The notes beneath the pieces are model-generated. The model ran no database searches, was not told the origin of the DNA, and saw only the letters and a program-made list of their open reading frames with translations. From Fretibacterium sp. (GTDB lineage Bacteria; Synergistota; Synergistia; Synergistales; Aminobacteriaceae), in contig JAIKZX010000161.1 of assembly GCA_024681935.1 (NCBI GenBank), forward strand, positions 1 through 48,289: a stretch of DNA of 48,289 nt, read 5' to 3'. Positions 27,566 through 37,276 of the stretch are shown here, piece after piece. Position 1 is the first letter of the stretch. Each line of letters starts with the position of its first letter. The translations under genes and the position numbers were made by a program.

Positions 27566-28885
27566 TTATCTTCCCTGGCTGGAGTTCCACACCCTTGGGA
27601 AGATAATGTCATGCTGAACAAAGATCGTGAAGCGATATCCCGGCCTCACCGTGATGGTGGGCTGACGGTTCATTCCCTTTGAGATAATCTGCGTCATGGC
27701 TTCCGCGATGGCCGACGCCACACGCTCTGAGAGGATGCCGCCCACGTCCTTCCGGTTGCTGTTGTTATTATTATTGTTATTGTTGTCCGGGGCGGCAAGT
27801 TCGACCCCCGCTCCCAGCAGGGACACCAGCAGCGCAGAGGTAATCATGGAACCCCAATGTTTGTCCACCCGCTGCTTGAAGCCCGTGTACCCGGCCTGAT
27901 CCGCGCCCTGAAGGTTGTCCAGCAGCAGCGACGAGCCGTCCGGGAAGATCAGCCGGCTCCAGACCACCAGAGCACGATTCTGTCCGTAGCTGATCTGGTT
28001 GTCGTAGGTCCCGATAAGCCTCGAGCCGCGTGGGATGAGGAGGTAGCGTCCCGTTGCCGTGTCCCACACATTCTCTGAGACCTGGCCAATCAGGTTGCCG
28101 GGCAGGTCGGAATTGAGGCCGGAGATCAGCACGCAGGGCAGAACAGCACCCGCCTTCAGCTCAAGAGCGCTGACTGGGAAGGCCCGCGTGTGCTGGGAAT
28201 ACTCCGCGGGAAGAGCACGCTGACGAAATGCCTCCTTACGGGCCCAGCCATTGGGATCATTGCTGCTCCCCGTCACATCTCCCGCGTCTGGCATGAGCCC
28301 CATCGTCCCTGCAGCTCCCTGCTGCGCGGGGAGCGTGGCCCCCTGCGCGGCTGACAAATCGTTCTGCAATGCGGTCTGCTGCCCCTGAGGCTGCCGGGAA
28401 CTCGGCCCAAATCCCTGAATGGCGGTGGGGGAAGAGGCTGCCTGAAGACGCTGAAGCTGGCTCTCTCTTCTCCTGTCGGTGACGCTGTGCCCCATGTCCC
28501 TGGTTTGGGACGGGACATAGGCTGGACGCACCATCCGCCTTACCTCAGGCTGCGGAGTTTCCGGCTCCGGAGGAGGCGGAGGGGTGGGCTGCGTCTTCTG
28601 ACGGGACGGTTCCGGCTGCACGGGAGTCACTGCCGGCGTAGGGGCCGGCTCCGTCTGGCGCGGCGGCGGCGGGATGACAATGGACGCGCTGCGTGACGCC
28701 TCAATAACCTCCGACGGGGCCCTGCTGCCCACAATCTCGTCGCCGGAGTTGAGGATTGCCATCGTCACCAGCGTGAACAGGACCCCGGCCGAAACGAAGA
28801 TAAAGAGAGCAATCCGCTTGGTGGACGATTTGTCCAGTTTCGTCCGTACCGGATCAAAACGGTTTGCAGATTCCTCCTGCGCCAT
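27566..28885 (-). CDS. trbI: T4SS protein TrbI/VirB10
   Basis: N-terminal TM helix, a Pro-rich linker (PPPPRQTEPAPTPAVTPVQPEP…), and a C-terminal TrbI domain (AGAVLPCVLISGLNSDLPG…RPGYRFTIFVQHDIIF). Confidence 0.9.
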   Translation of the reverse strand: MAQEESANRFDPVRTKLDKSSTKRIALFIFVSAGVLFTLVTMAILNSGDEIVGSRAPSEVIEASRSASIVIPPPPRQTEPAPTPAVTPVQPEPSRQKTQPTPPPPPEPETPQPEVRRMVRPAYVPSQTRDMGHSVTDRRRESQLQRLQAASSPTAIQGFGPSSRQPQGQQTALQNDLSAAQGATLPAQQGAAGTMGLMPDAGDVTGSSNDPNGWARKEAFRQRALPAEYSQHTRAFPVSALELKAGAVLPCVLISGLNSDLPGNLIGQVSENVWDTATGRYLLIPRGSRLIGTYDNQISYGQNRALVVWSRLIFPDGSSLLLDNLQGADQAGYTGFKQRVDKHWGSMITSALLVSLLGAGVELAAPDNNNNNNNNSNRKDVGGILSERVASAIAEAMTQIISKGMNRQPTITVRPGYRFTIFVQHDIIFPRVWNSSQGR

Positions 28886-29976
28886 CAGTTCCCGCTCCCT
28901 CTCACCGTCCTGAGACGGTTAGCTGTCCGGCTCTCCCTGATGTTGCTGTCGGCCAGCTTGTCCCTGCGGACAATCACAACCCTCTTGGATCCGATCTTCA
29001 TGTACGCCTTGTCAAAGAGGCGGTCCACGATATAATAGCGGCCCTTGACGCGGAAGTTCGTCATCGTCTCCTTCCGGTCCACAACGATATAGAACGCGGG
29101 CGTTTCGCTGAAGCGCGCGGGCATCCGGATATAGGTTTTGTTCCCATCGTCAAAGACGGCCTCCGGGCTCCAGTCCACCTTGCTCGTGTTGGTGATGGCA
29201 TACAGGGTGTAGAGTTCCTCAAGGTCCACACCGGACATGGGGCCCTGAATCTCATCCTCAAGGGATTTCTGCTTTTTTTCCTCCTGGCGCTTGAAGAGAT
29301 AGGTCAGATCATTGTCCTGATAGGAGAAGGCCACGCCGCGAAGGTACTCTACATTCTCAGAGGACGTGAAGTCAAGGTTGTACGTCCGCCGGTCTGTGTG
29401 GATGAGCAGGTTGGTGGAGATGCCCGGCTGGCTGGGCTTAACCACGATATGGGCAACGGCAAGCCCGTTCTTCATGGACTGGGAAGGAGAGAACTGCCAC
29501 CGCACAGAGTCCCCGGCGTGGACGCCCATGATTTCCTCCCCGGGCTCCAGCGCAACATCGGTCATGCGGAGAGGACGGCAGGTGATGACGGGCACCACTT
29601 CGCCGTAGGGGTAGATGACATAGCCCTGCTCCCCCATGAAGGGGTTGGCCGCGGTCTTGGCGGCGTCAAAGTCCTTCTTCATTCCCATCACAAGCTGGTC
29701 GTAGCGGCGCAGCTTTATCTCCATATCCAGCTTCTCCCACTGCTGGATGCGCTCACGCTCCTCTTTTGCCTCCTGAAGGGCCTGATACTGCTCCTCAGCA
29801 GCCTGTATCTCAGCAAGATCTTTCTGCTGCTGCTGATAGACATAATCCTCCTCCGCGCCGACCTCCGAGGGAAGGATAATCCGCCCCGTCTCCGGGTCAT
29901 AACCGGGAACAGCGGCAAGAGCAGGAACCGCAAACAAGCACGCCACAAACAATGGGACAAAAATCTTTTTCTTCAT
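28885..29976 (-). CDS. trbG: T4SS protein TrbG/VirB9 with an N-terminal coiled-coil extension
   Basis: Signal peptide, a Gln/Glu-rich coiled coil, then VirB9 blocks (ITCRPLRMTDVALEPGE, THIVVKP-like, TNLLIHTDRRTYNLDF, DDGNKTYIRMP). Confidence 0.88.
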   Translation of the reverse strand: MKKKIFVPLFVACLFAVPALAAVPGYDPETGRIILPSEVGAEEDYVYQQQQKDLAEIQAAEEQYQALQEAKEERERIQQWEKLDMEIKLRRYDQLVMGMKKDFDAAKTAANPFMGEQGYVIYPYGEVVPVITCRPLRMTDVALEPGEEIMGVHAGDSVRWQFSPSQSMKNGLAVAHIVVKPSQPGISTNLLIHTDRRTYNLDFTSSENVEYLRGVAFSYQDNDLTYLFKRQEEKKQKSLEDEIQGPMSGVDLEELYTLYAITNTSKVDWSPEAVFDDGNKTYIRMPARFSETPAFYIVVDRKETMTNFRVKGRYYIVDRLFDKAYMKIGSKRVVIVRRDKLADSNIRESRTANRLRTVRGSGN

Positions 29977-30000
29977 CTTCTCATTACCTCACTTGCGTTA

Positions 30001-30678
30001 TCAGTCGTCATCAGTGACGACATCCTGAGCCATGTTCAGCTCAGTGATATAGATTCCCAATGGATTCTTAATCACATCAGCCAGATCGCGGACGGGCGAA
30101 ATAGCGATGGTGACAATGGCGCGCCATTCTGTGCTGCTCGTAACTTCACCCCGGCGGATCTTGTTCTCCGTCCAGAGGACCTGCCAGGAAGTGCCTCCTC
30201 CACCCACCGCCAGAACAGACTTCACCTCCACCAGCGTCGTGTTGCCGTCGGTGTTGCTGAAGGGGTTGTTCTCCCGGTAGTAGTGGGTCACAATGCTTTC
30301 AGCGGAGCTTCCCCGCGCAAGGTAGCCGTACACGTCATTGACCATCGCCCTCTGCGCGTAGGTGTCCACCACAACCGTCTTGAAGTTTGAAAAAAACCGG
30401 CTCAGCGATGCCACCACCACCCGCATGTCAGCGGCTGATCCCTGCTCTGCGGACTTGATGGCGACGGAGTATCCCTGCTTGTCCACCTGCACAACGTAGG
30501 GAATCACCTTATTCTGTGTCGACATCCAGATCATCATTCCGCCGAAGGCAAGACAAAGCATCAGCAGGAAGAAGGCAATCTGCCGCCAGCGGGCTGCCTC
30601 GTTCACCGCCGCGCCGTACCGGTCCCCATACTCCGCCCGGGCGGAGAGATAGGGATTTTCCTCATATTCCCTTTTCAT
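30001..30678 (-). CDS. trbF: T4SS protein TrbF/VirB8
   Basis: NPYLSARAEYGDRYG, a single TM helix, IPYVVQVDKQG, and a periplasmic NTF2-like region. It overlaps the trbL stop. Confidence 0.88.
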   Translation of the reverse strand: MKREYEENPYLSARAEYGDRYGAAVNEAARWRQIAFFLLMLCLAFGGMMIWMSTQNKVIPYVVQVDKQGYSVAIKSAEQGSAADMRVVVASLSRFFSNFKTVVVDTYAQRAMVNDVYGYLARGSSAESIVTHYYRENNPFSNTDGNTTLVEVKSVLAVGGGGTSWQVLWTENKIRRGEVTSSTEWRAIVTIAISPVRDLADVIKNPLGIYITELNMAQDVVTDDD

Positions 30679-31970
30679 CTCTTACCTTCTCCCTCTGTTA
30701 ATGTCGTCCGGACCGCACCTGTGGTCCCCGTTTCGACGCGTCGGTCCGTTGTCCGGGCCGCGTCCAGACGCGCACCATAGGCGCTGTCCGATGGGACGTA
30801 GTTCGTCATCGCCTCCGCGTTGGCAGGGTTCTCCACAGTGGGGGCGGCCTGATTGGACGCAAGAGGATTGTAGCCAGCGCCGCTCAGCATTCCATCCTGC
30901 CCCCTGATGTACTCCCTCATCGCGTAGCCCTCAATTGTCGCTGCAGGGCCTGGAGGCGGCGGCGCTCCCGCTGCGCCCCTTTCCTCATACTCAGCATGGT
31001 GTGAACCTCTCAGCGCGTCCATCACGGAGGCCACGAAGCCACCGCCATTCTGGGCGTTCACCGTGGGGGCGCCGGTCACGGATGCGTACACAAGCTGCGT
31101 TGCCGGGTGCCCAAAGGTCATTGCGGCCCGGTTCACCACAGCCTGCGCGATGTTGGGCACGTAACGTGCCGCCATGAAGATACAAATGACACCGCCAAGA
31201 ATCTGGCCTGCCGCCGTGATGAGCGTCGTCATGTCCTTAGCCTTGCTGAATTCCGCTTCCCAGGACGGGATGGAGCTCGTGGCGAGGCCGTAGACAATCA
31301 TAACCATTAGCAGCTTTATCCCCACGGAGATGGCGTAGCGCAGATAGCTCAGCGCGATGTCCCGAGTGTACTCAAACCCGCCGAATCCCAGCAGCACCGC
31401 CCCGCCGCAGATGACCAGGTGCATCTCAATCAGCGCCAGGGCAAAGGTCCCCGCTATCATGGCAATCACCACCAGAATGATGACACCAATCAGGGTCACT
31501 CCGATGAAGTCTCCCCAGCCGGCGTTCCAGCCCTTCTCCACCAGACTTCCGTACATGCGAATCCCGGCGGAGAGGATGTTGTCTGGGGCGATGGACGAGG
31601 TTCCTCCAATTTTGCTCCCCATCTCCACAAAGGAGTTCACGACGGTCTGTGGGACGTTGTTCGACATAATCCATGAAAATATCCCCACATAAAGAATCCA
31701 CTTCGCCAGCAGTGCTATGGCGGTCCCCAGATTGCTCTCTCCGTTCAGAAGCATACGGATAAGCCCCAGCGCAAGAGACAGTGTCGCAAGCCCGATAAAA
31801 AGACTCCGCGCATACTCCAGCAGCTTTTCCATCATGCCGGAGCTGGTGAACTTCTGGACGTAATCCAGCGTAGAGTCGATGCCGCCGTAGTTAACGGCGG
31901 CGGCCCATGCAGCATGGGTGAGGAGTGTGAACGCCGCAATCAGGAAATAAAACAAAATCCCGCGCCGCAT
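30675..31970 (-). CDS. trbL: T4SS inner-membrane protein TrbL/VirB6
   Basis: Signal-like N-terminus, several TM helices, GFGGFEYTRDIALSYLRYAISVGIKLL, and a Pro/Gly-rich C-terminal tail. Confidence 0.85.
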   Translation of the reverse strand: MRRGILFYFLIAAFTLLTHAAWAAAVNYGGIDSTLDYVQKFTSSGMMEKLLEYARSLFIGLATLSLALGLIRMLLNGESNLGTAIALLAKWILYVGIFSWIMSNNVPQTVVNSFVEMGSKIGGTSSIAPDNILSAGIRMYGSLVEKGWNAGWGDFIGVTLIGVIILVVIAMIAGTFALALIEMHLVICGGAVLLGFGGFEYTRDIALSYLRYAISVGIKLLMVMIVYGLATSSIPSWEAEFSKAKDMTTLITAAGQILGGVICIFMAARYVPNIAQAVVNRAAMTFGHPATQLVYASVTGAPTVNAQNGGGFVASVMDALRGSHHAEYEERGAAGAPPPPGPAATIEGYAMREYIRGQDGMLSGAGYNPLASNQAAPTVENPANAEAMTNYVPSDSAYGARLDAARTTDRRVETGTTGAVRTTLTEGEGKR

Positions 31971-31973
31971 AGC

Positions 31974-32708
31974 TTAGAACCCGAGCGCGTAGCTCTTGGC
32001 GGCCGGCTTGTGTTTCTTCAGGCCGTCGCAGGCCTCGAGGATGCTCTTGCCCTTCTGCTCCCTCGCGTCCAGCGCGTCCCGCTCGTATTCCAGGTAGGAC
32101 GCCAGAAGCCCCTGAACGACGTTCTCATTCCGGGCCAGCATGATATTGGAGTGATCCAGCAGCGCGCCGAGCGTCTGTATTGCCTGGGTCTGCCCTTCGG
32201 GATTGCGCACCAGATCCATCAGCTTTGAGCGCAGCTTATCGTCTGAGTCGAAGTCCTTGGCGGTCAGGTTGACGCTCTTCAGGTAGGCGTTCATCGTGGC
32301 CCGCCATCCCTTGTTTCTGTTCTCTATCCGCGTTTTGAGCTGGTCGACCGTCAGGCCGCTCTGCCATTCGGGATGCCGCTTCTTCAGCTCCCATTCCAGA
32401 TTGGCCGTCACATGCGTGATGGTGTCCGACGCCTCCAGAATCTGCCGGGCTTTCTTAAAACTGTTCACCAGCGCCGTACGTTTGTTCTTAAGGTCATTCA
32501 CGTCCTTGGCGTCCAGGTGCTTCAGCATCTTCTTCTGCTGCTCAATCATCTCCTTGAGCTGCTTCACCTCGTTCTCCACGGCCTCCAGTATAGATTTCTG
32601 CGTGGACTGCTGGGCTAAAAGGCATTCTCCAACACGTGAAAAAAGCAGGGTAAACGCCGCCGCCAGCAGAAGGCATCTGAACCTCTTGAAGTCTGCGAAG
32701 CTCATCAT
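31974..32708 (-). CDS. trbJ: TrbJ/VirB5-like secreted coiled-coil protein (paralogue 3, 244 aa)
   Basis: Signal peptide and coiled coil. It occupies the position between trbE and trbL. Motifs GQTQAIQTLGA and C-terminal KSYALGF are shared with the two upstream paralogues. Confidence 0.65.
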   Translation of the reverse strand: MMSFADFKRFRCLLLAAAFTLLFSRVGECLLAQQSTQKSILEAVENEVKQLKEMIEQQKKMLKHLDAKDVNDLKNKRTALVNSFKKARQILEASDTITHVTANLEWELKKRHPEWQSGLTVDQLKTRIENRNKGWRATMNAYLKSVNLTAKDFDSDDKLRSKLMDLVRNPEGQTQAIQTLGALLDHSNIMLARNENVVQGLLASYLEYERDALDAREQKGKSILEACDGLKKHKPAAKSYALGF

Positions 32709-32720
32709 TACCGTCTCCCC

Positions 32721-33632
32721 CTAAAAGCCAAAGTTATAGGTCCCCGTCGTGGTGGGCTGTGATTTGGCCGCGTTTCCAGCAATGACAGCGATGTTGTTCC
32801 GCACAGCCTCCTGTTGGGAGCGTTCAATCTCCTGACCGCAGAGGCAGGCCTCCAGGGTCATAATCATCTCCGCCCCCGTCCGGTCGATGAGGGCGTCTCC
32901 CTCCGCCGCCACCGCGCCCAGACTTTGAAGCACGTAGGTCTGACCGTGATCCACGGCGTCAGTGTAAGCCTTGAGGATTGTGTTCATCATTGACTCCCGT
33001 GCCCGCTGCTCCTCATCAAAGTTACGGGCGGTCACATTCATCGCTTTCATCATGCCGTCCATAAACTTCTTCCATCCTTCTGCAACTTCCTTTTCCACGT
33101 TTGACATGCTGTTGAAGCCAGTATACTCCGGAAAACGTTTTTGGAAGTCCGCGTCAAAATTTGAGGACCAGGCCATGACATTGGCAGCCTGAAGTGTCTT
33201 TCGCAACTCCTTGTAAGCCACCATGAACGCATCCAGGGCATCCGGGTTCCCCTTCTTGACCATCGCCTTCTGTTGTTTGACAATGGTCTTCATATGCTCG
33301 ACGGCCTGCTTCAGTTGTTTCTCCGTGTCAACCTGTGGCTGCTTCGTCGCAAACCATACCAAATTGGAATCGAAGGTGTTTTCATCCTTTCCACAGGCAC
33401 AGAACAGCGGAATCGCCTTCCCAACAGGGACACCGAGTATCACTATTGAGTCAAGGAGTTTCCTGAGAGGAACCGCAACTAAAGCGGTGAGGCAGTACTT
33501 CACCGCCTTGATTTCATATTTCTTGTTCACCGGGTAAATCGCACCCGGCGCAAAAACAAACATCGCGGCAGAGACTGTCAGGACGATAATCATCGGCATC
33601 ATCAGGAGCTTGTTGTTAAGCAGTTTTTTCAT
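32721..33632 (-). CDS. TrbJ/VirB5-like protein (paralogue 2, 303 aa) with an extra N-terminal Cys-containing module
   Basis: FPEYTGFNSM…GWKKFMDGMMKAMNVTARNFD, GQTYVLQSLGA, and C-terminal GTYNFGF. Confidence 0.55.
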   Translation of the reverse strand: MKKLLNNKLLMMPMIIVLTVSAAMFVFAPGAIYPVNKKYEIKAVKYCLTALVAVPLRKLLDSIVILGVPVGKAIPLFCACGKDENTFDSNLVWFATKQPQVDTEKQLKQAVEHMKTIVKQQKAMVKKGNPDALDAFMVAYKELRKTLQAANVMAWSSNFDADFQKRFPEYTGFNSMSNVEKEVAEGWKKFMDGMMKAMNVTARNFDEEQRARESMMNTILKAYTDAVDHGQTYVLQSLGAVAAEGDALIDRTGAEMIMTLEACLCGQEIERSQQEAVRNNIAVIAGNAAKSQPTTTGTYNFGF

Positions 33633-33644
33633 CCCGGGTCCCCC

Positions 33645-34757
33645 CTAAAAGCCAATTTTATGAGACTTGCCCTGGTCCTTCGTCTTCGCTGCGCTTTCTG
33701 CTATCGTCACGACGTTGGTCCGTATGGCCTCCTCGCGGGCCCGTTTCATCTGGTCCGTGAAGTCCCTCATATCCTGAAAACGGCTGACAGCCAGATCGTT
33801 CCGGTCCATCATCTCGGATCTCTGGTCCGCTGCGCCGCCTACGGCCTGGAGTTTCCGCGTCTGGCCCTGAGCCGGCAGTGGGAACGATGTCGAGATCGAT
33901 GGAGGCCACAGGGTAACAAAGAAATCCTTAAAGATCGACATGATTCCCTTGGGAATAAGTGTTATCGGGTACTGGGGACTAAGGTCCAGTGCCGCGTAGA
34001 CCATCCCGGACAAGAGGTCCGCCGTCAGCATTTTGGTGATGTCCGCGATGTTGATGCTGCCATTTCCGGGATCCTGCTCCATCAGTTGGCTGTACACCCT
34101 GTCAAAGGCTGTCATCACTCCATCGTAGTTGCCGGCGATGACATTCATGGAGCGCATGTGAGCCAATTCCAGCTCACGCCACCGTTTCGCCAAACGCTCC
34201 TCCTCATCCGTCATGGAAGTGAACCCCGTGTAGCCGGGAAAATCCCAGCCCAGCTGCGAGTCCGTGTTCGTAATGGCGGAGTACGCTTTGCCCTTCTGGA
34301 GTTCGGCCCTTGATTGCGTAAAGGTCTTCTTGAAAGTTGAAGGCCAGTTCATTGAGCCCTTATGGATCATGGCCTTTTCCTGCTCCAGAAGTGCTTTTGT
34401 CTCCACTTCCTTCGTTACTGTTTTGTAGAACACATCGACCTGCATGGGTTCAAGCTGCGGGCCTTTCGTCTTGAATCCGACATCCCATTTGCCTGTGAAT
34501 CCCGCGCCCCGTATCGCGCTCCAGACGATACTCCCCAGCTTGGAGAGAATATCTCCAATGTTATCGGACTCTCCAAAGTCTATGGGTATGCATGTACACG
34601 TCTTCCATCCATCTTTTGTGGCCGGGCAGTCGCCCATGCGAATGACCTCCATAATCCAGTCCGGGTCCTTCTCACCCGGCGCTGGCCCCGCTGCCCCAAG
34701 CGTGATGAGGCATAACGCCACAGCGGTCACCTTGAAGAACTTAGACAGCCGGCTCAT
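33645..34757 (-). CDS. TrbJ/VirB5-like protein (paralogue 1, 370 aa) with an extra N-terminal Cys-rich module
   Basis: FPGYTGFTSM…RWRELELAHMRSMNVIAGNYD, GQTRKLQAVGG, and C-terminal KSHKIGF. Its start overlaps the trbE 3' end by 17 nt. Confidence 0.55.
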   Translation of the reverse strand: MSRLSKFFKVTAVALCLITLGAAGPAPGEKDPDWIMEVIRMGDCPATKDGWKTCTCIPIDFGESDNIGDILSKLGSIVWSAIRGAGFTGKWDVGFKTKGPQLEPMQVDVFYKTVTKEVETKALLEQEKAMIHKGSMNWPSTFKKTFTQSRAELQKGKAYSAITNTDSQLGWDFPGYTGFTSMTDEEERLAKRWRELELAHMRSMNVIAGNYDGVMTAFDRVYSQLMEQDPGNGSINIADITKMLTADLLSGMVYAALDLSPQYPITLIPKGIMSIFKDFFVTLWPPSISTSFPLPAQGQTRKLQAVGGAADQRSEMMDRNDLAVSRFQDMRDFTDQMKRAREEAIRTNVVTIAESAAKTKDQGKSHKIGF

Positions 34758-37236
34758 GATGGGGTTCTCCGCTGTGCATTTCCGCGTCCAGTTTTTTCCA
34801 CTCTTCGGCCCAGTCCGGCAGTTCTCGCTCCTTCAGCCATTCCACTGGCCAGTCCCGGCCGTACTGCTTCTTCAGCGCCATGATACGGCTCAGCTCGTCG
34901 CCGCTGCTGGCCCCAACAAACGCCAGGGCCACTGGGCCCAGCCCAAGATTGAACACCCGCCGGCCGTTGGGAGAGATAATATAATACTCCCGTTTCCGAA
35001 CCATGTTCGCCACCAGATTGATCTGACGTTCGTTAAGCTGCAGGAACTCACGGTAGAACTCACCCAGCTGCTGGCCTTTTGCATCAGGGTTTGCCAGCAG
35101 GATTTTCGTCGGGCAGCTCTCGAACACGGCATCGCGTATCGTGCTATTCACCACGTCGGAAATGGACTGTGTGGCCAGAATAACGGCGCAGTTCAGCTTA
35201 CGGAACGTCTTGAGCCAGCCGCGTATCTTCTCGGAGAAAAGGGCGTCCCTCATGGCTGTCCAGGCCTCGTCGACCACAAGGAGCGACGGCGCGCCCTTCA
35301 GCCGGCGCTGTATCTGGAAGAACAGATAGGTGAGAACCGCCGGGGCAATCTTTTCCCGCTCAAGCAGACCTGAAATTTCAAAGGCGTTGAATGCGGCGTA
35401 GTTGATGTCGTCGCGGTCTCCGTCCAGCAGATAACCTCCGCTCTCGCTTAAGCTGTAGTAACTCAGGGCGGACTTAATTTCCTCGTCCTGCACGGACGTG
35501 ATGTACTCAGTCATTGTGCGCTCGGCAGCACAGGTGGTGCTTTCAGCCAGATTCCGCAGCGCTTCGTTCAGCAGAACACGCCGCTGCGGGGTGACAAGGC
35601 CGGGTGCCACAAGCTCAATGAGCATTTCCAGCCACTCTGCGGCCCAGGACATCACTTCCGGGTCATCAATCTGCGCCAGGGGACAAAGGTTGATTTCATT
35701 GTCTGCCGAGCCCAGATCATAGAACACGGAGTTGTCCAGAGACTCGCACAGCGGGTAGATGGAGCGGCCATTGTCGAAAAAGAAAATCTGTCCCCGGTCA
35801 TAACGCTCGAACTGTGCCGTGATGGTGGCCAGCAACGTTGATTTTCCGGAACCCGTGGGCCCCAGAATGAGAGTGTGCCCCACGTCTCCGCTGTGCAGGT
35901 TCAGGGAGAAGGGCGTGCCCCCCGCAGCGGCGGCCTGAAGCAGTGCCGGGGAGTTGGGCGGATAGAATGGGCAGGGACAGGTCTTGGATCCCTGCCAGTC
36001 GTTGGAGAGCGGGATAAGGTCCGCAAAGTTAAGGGCCGTGATGAGAGGCTTTCGGATGTTCTCCTGTCCGTGCCCGGGCAGAGAACCCAGAAAAGCCTCA
36101 AGGTTGTTCATGGTCTCCATGTGGGCGCTGCATCCCGCCCGCTCAAAGACCTTCATAATCTCCCGCGATGTGGCCTCCAGCAGTTCAGGGTCCTTGTGGC
36201 GCAGGATAATGGTGGAGGTGTGGTTCCCGAAGGCAGTGTCGCCGCTTCGGGCATCCTTCAGGGCGAAGTCCAGGTCCTGCACCATCGCCGCAGCGTCCTG
36301 GTCCACACGGAAGTTCTCGACGCCGGTGATCTGCGACGAAAGGCTCTTCACCTTCTGGGTCCACTGGCGGCGCAGCTTTTCAATTTGAGAGATGGATTCC
36401 TGAATGTCCGTCAGCAAAAAGCGGTTGGACCAGCGGAAGGCCACCGGCATTGTCTGAAGGCTGTACAGTATCGTGGGGAAAGTCCCCGAGGGGTAGTTCA
36501 TCAGGGAGATGCACTGCACGTACTCCCCGTTGTAGTTCACTCGGCTGCCGTTCAGGCAGTCCCTGGCCAGAAAACAGTCAAGGTAATAGGGAAAAGCCGG
36601 CAGACGCGTGGGCTGCCAATATCCGTTGACGCAGGCGTTGACAGCTTCCAGCAAATCTGACGTGCCGGAGCAGCCACTGGAATCATCCGGATGGAACACC
36701 ATGCGCCGGACCTGCATACTGAGGCTCAGAGAATCCTGAAGCCTCTTCATGACCGTCTCGAACCGCGCAAGCTGGCGCTCGACAATCTGTTCTTCCTCCG
36801 CATTGTCCAGACCAAACATCGCCTTCTGGAGGCGCCGCATCAGGGCGGCTTTCTCAAAGGCGGGGGGAACGTAGGTGACGAACATCGCCTGCACGGATTC
36901 GAAGTGCCCGGACGCCTGGTGGAACTGGGCCTGACGTTCCATGTCGATGAGCTTCGTCGTCGTCTCCCTGAAATCTCCCCTCGGGTAGTCCGTCGTCTCG
37001 CGCCGGAAGAACTCGAAATGCACGCACCAGCGCACATCAAGCTGCCCCACTGTATGCGCCATCATCGCGCTGAGATGCTCCAGCTCGCGGGCGGTGGAAC
37101 TCTCAAGATCAGGTCCGGTGAGCCAGAACCCGGCGAGGAAGCCTCCGTCCTTCAGCCCCATAACCCCAGGGGCCACCATATGGGAATAACGGAGCAGCTC
37201 GGCAAAGCCGTCCCCTTCCTGCCGACGTCTTGGCAT
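34741..37236 (-). CDS. trbE: T4SS ATPase TrbE/VirB4
   Basis: 831 aa with Walker A GPTGSGKST and a Walker B region LLVVDEAW. The N-terminal half is VirB4-like. Confidence 0.93.
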   Translation of the reverse strand: MPRRRQEGDGFAELLRYSHMVAPGVMGLKDGGFLAGFWLTGPDLESSTARELEHLSAMMAHTVGQLDVRWCVHFEFFRRETTDYPRGDFRETTTKLIDMERQAQFHQASGHFESVQAMFVTYVPPAFEKAALMRRLQKAMFGLDNAEEEQIVERQLARFETVMKRLQDSLSLSMQVRRMVFHPDDSSGCSGTSDLLEAVNACVNGYWQPTRLPAFPYYLDCFLARDCLNGSRVNYNGEYVQCISLMNYPSGTFPTILYSLQTMPVAFRWSNRFLLTDIQESISQIEKLRRQWTQKVKSLSSQITGVENFRVDQDAAAMVQDLDFALKDARSGDTAFGNHTSTIILRHKDPELLEATSREIMKVFERAGCSAHMETMNNLEAFLGSLPGHGQENIRKPLITALNFADLIPLSNDWQGSKTCPCPFYPPNSPALLQAAAAGGTPFSLNLHSGDVGHTLILGPTGSGKSTLLATITAQFERYDRGQIFFFDNGRSIYPLCESLDNSVFYDLGSADNEINLCPLAQIDDPEVMSWAAEWLEMLIELVAPGLVTPQRRVLLNEALRNLAESTTCAAERTMTEYITSVQDEEIKSALSYYSLSESGGYLLDGDRDDINYAAFNAFEISGLLEREKIAPAVLTYLFFQIQRRLKGAPSLLVVDEAWTAMRDALFSEKIRGWLKTFRKLNCAVILATQSISDVVNSTIRDAVFESCPTKILLANPDAKGQQLGEFYREFLQLNERQINLVANMVRKREYYIISPNGRRVFNLGLGPVALAFVGASSGDELSRIMALKKQYGRDWPVEWLKERELPDWAEEWKKLDAEMHSGEPHHEPAV

Positions 37237-37276
37237 ACCTAACCCTCCCGAAAATTAAACTCTCAGTATTTCATGC

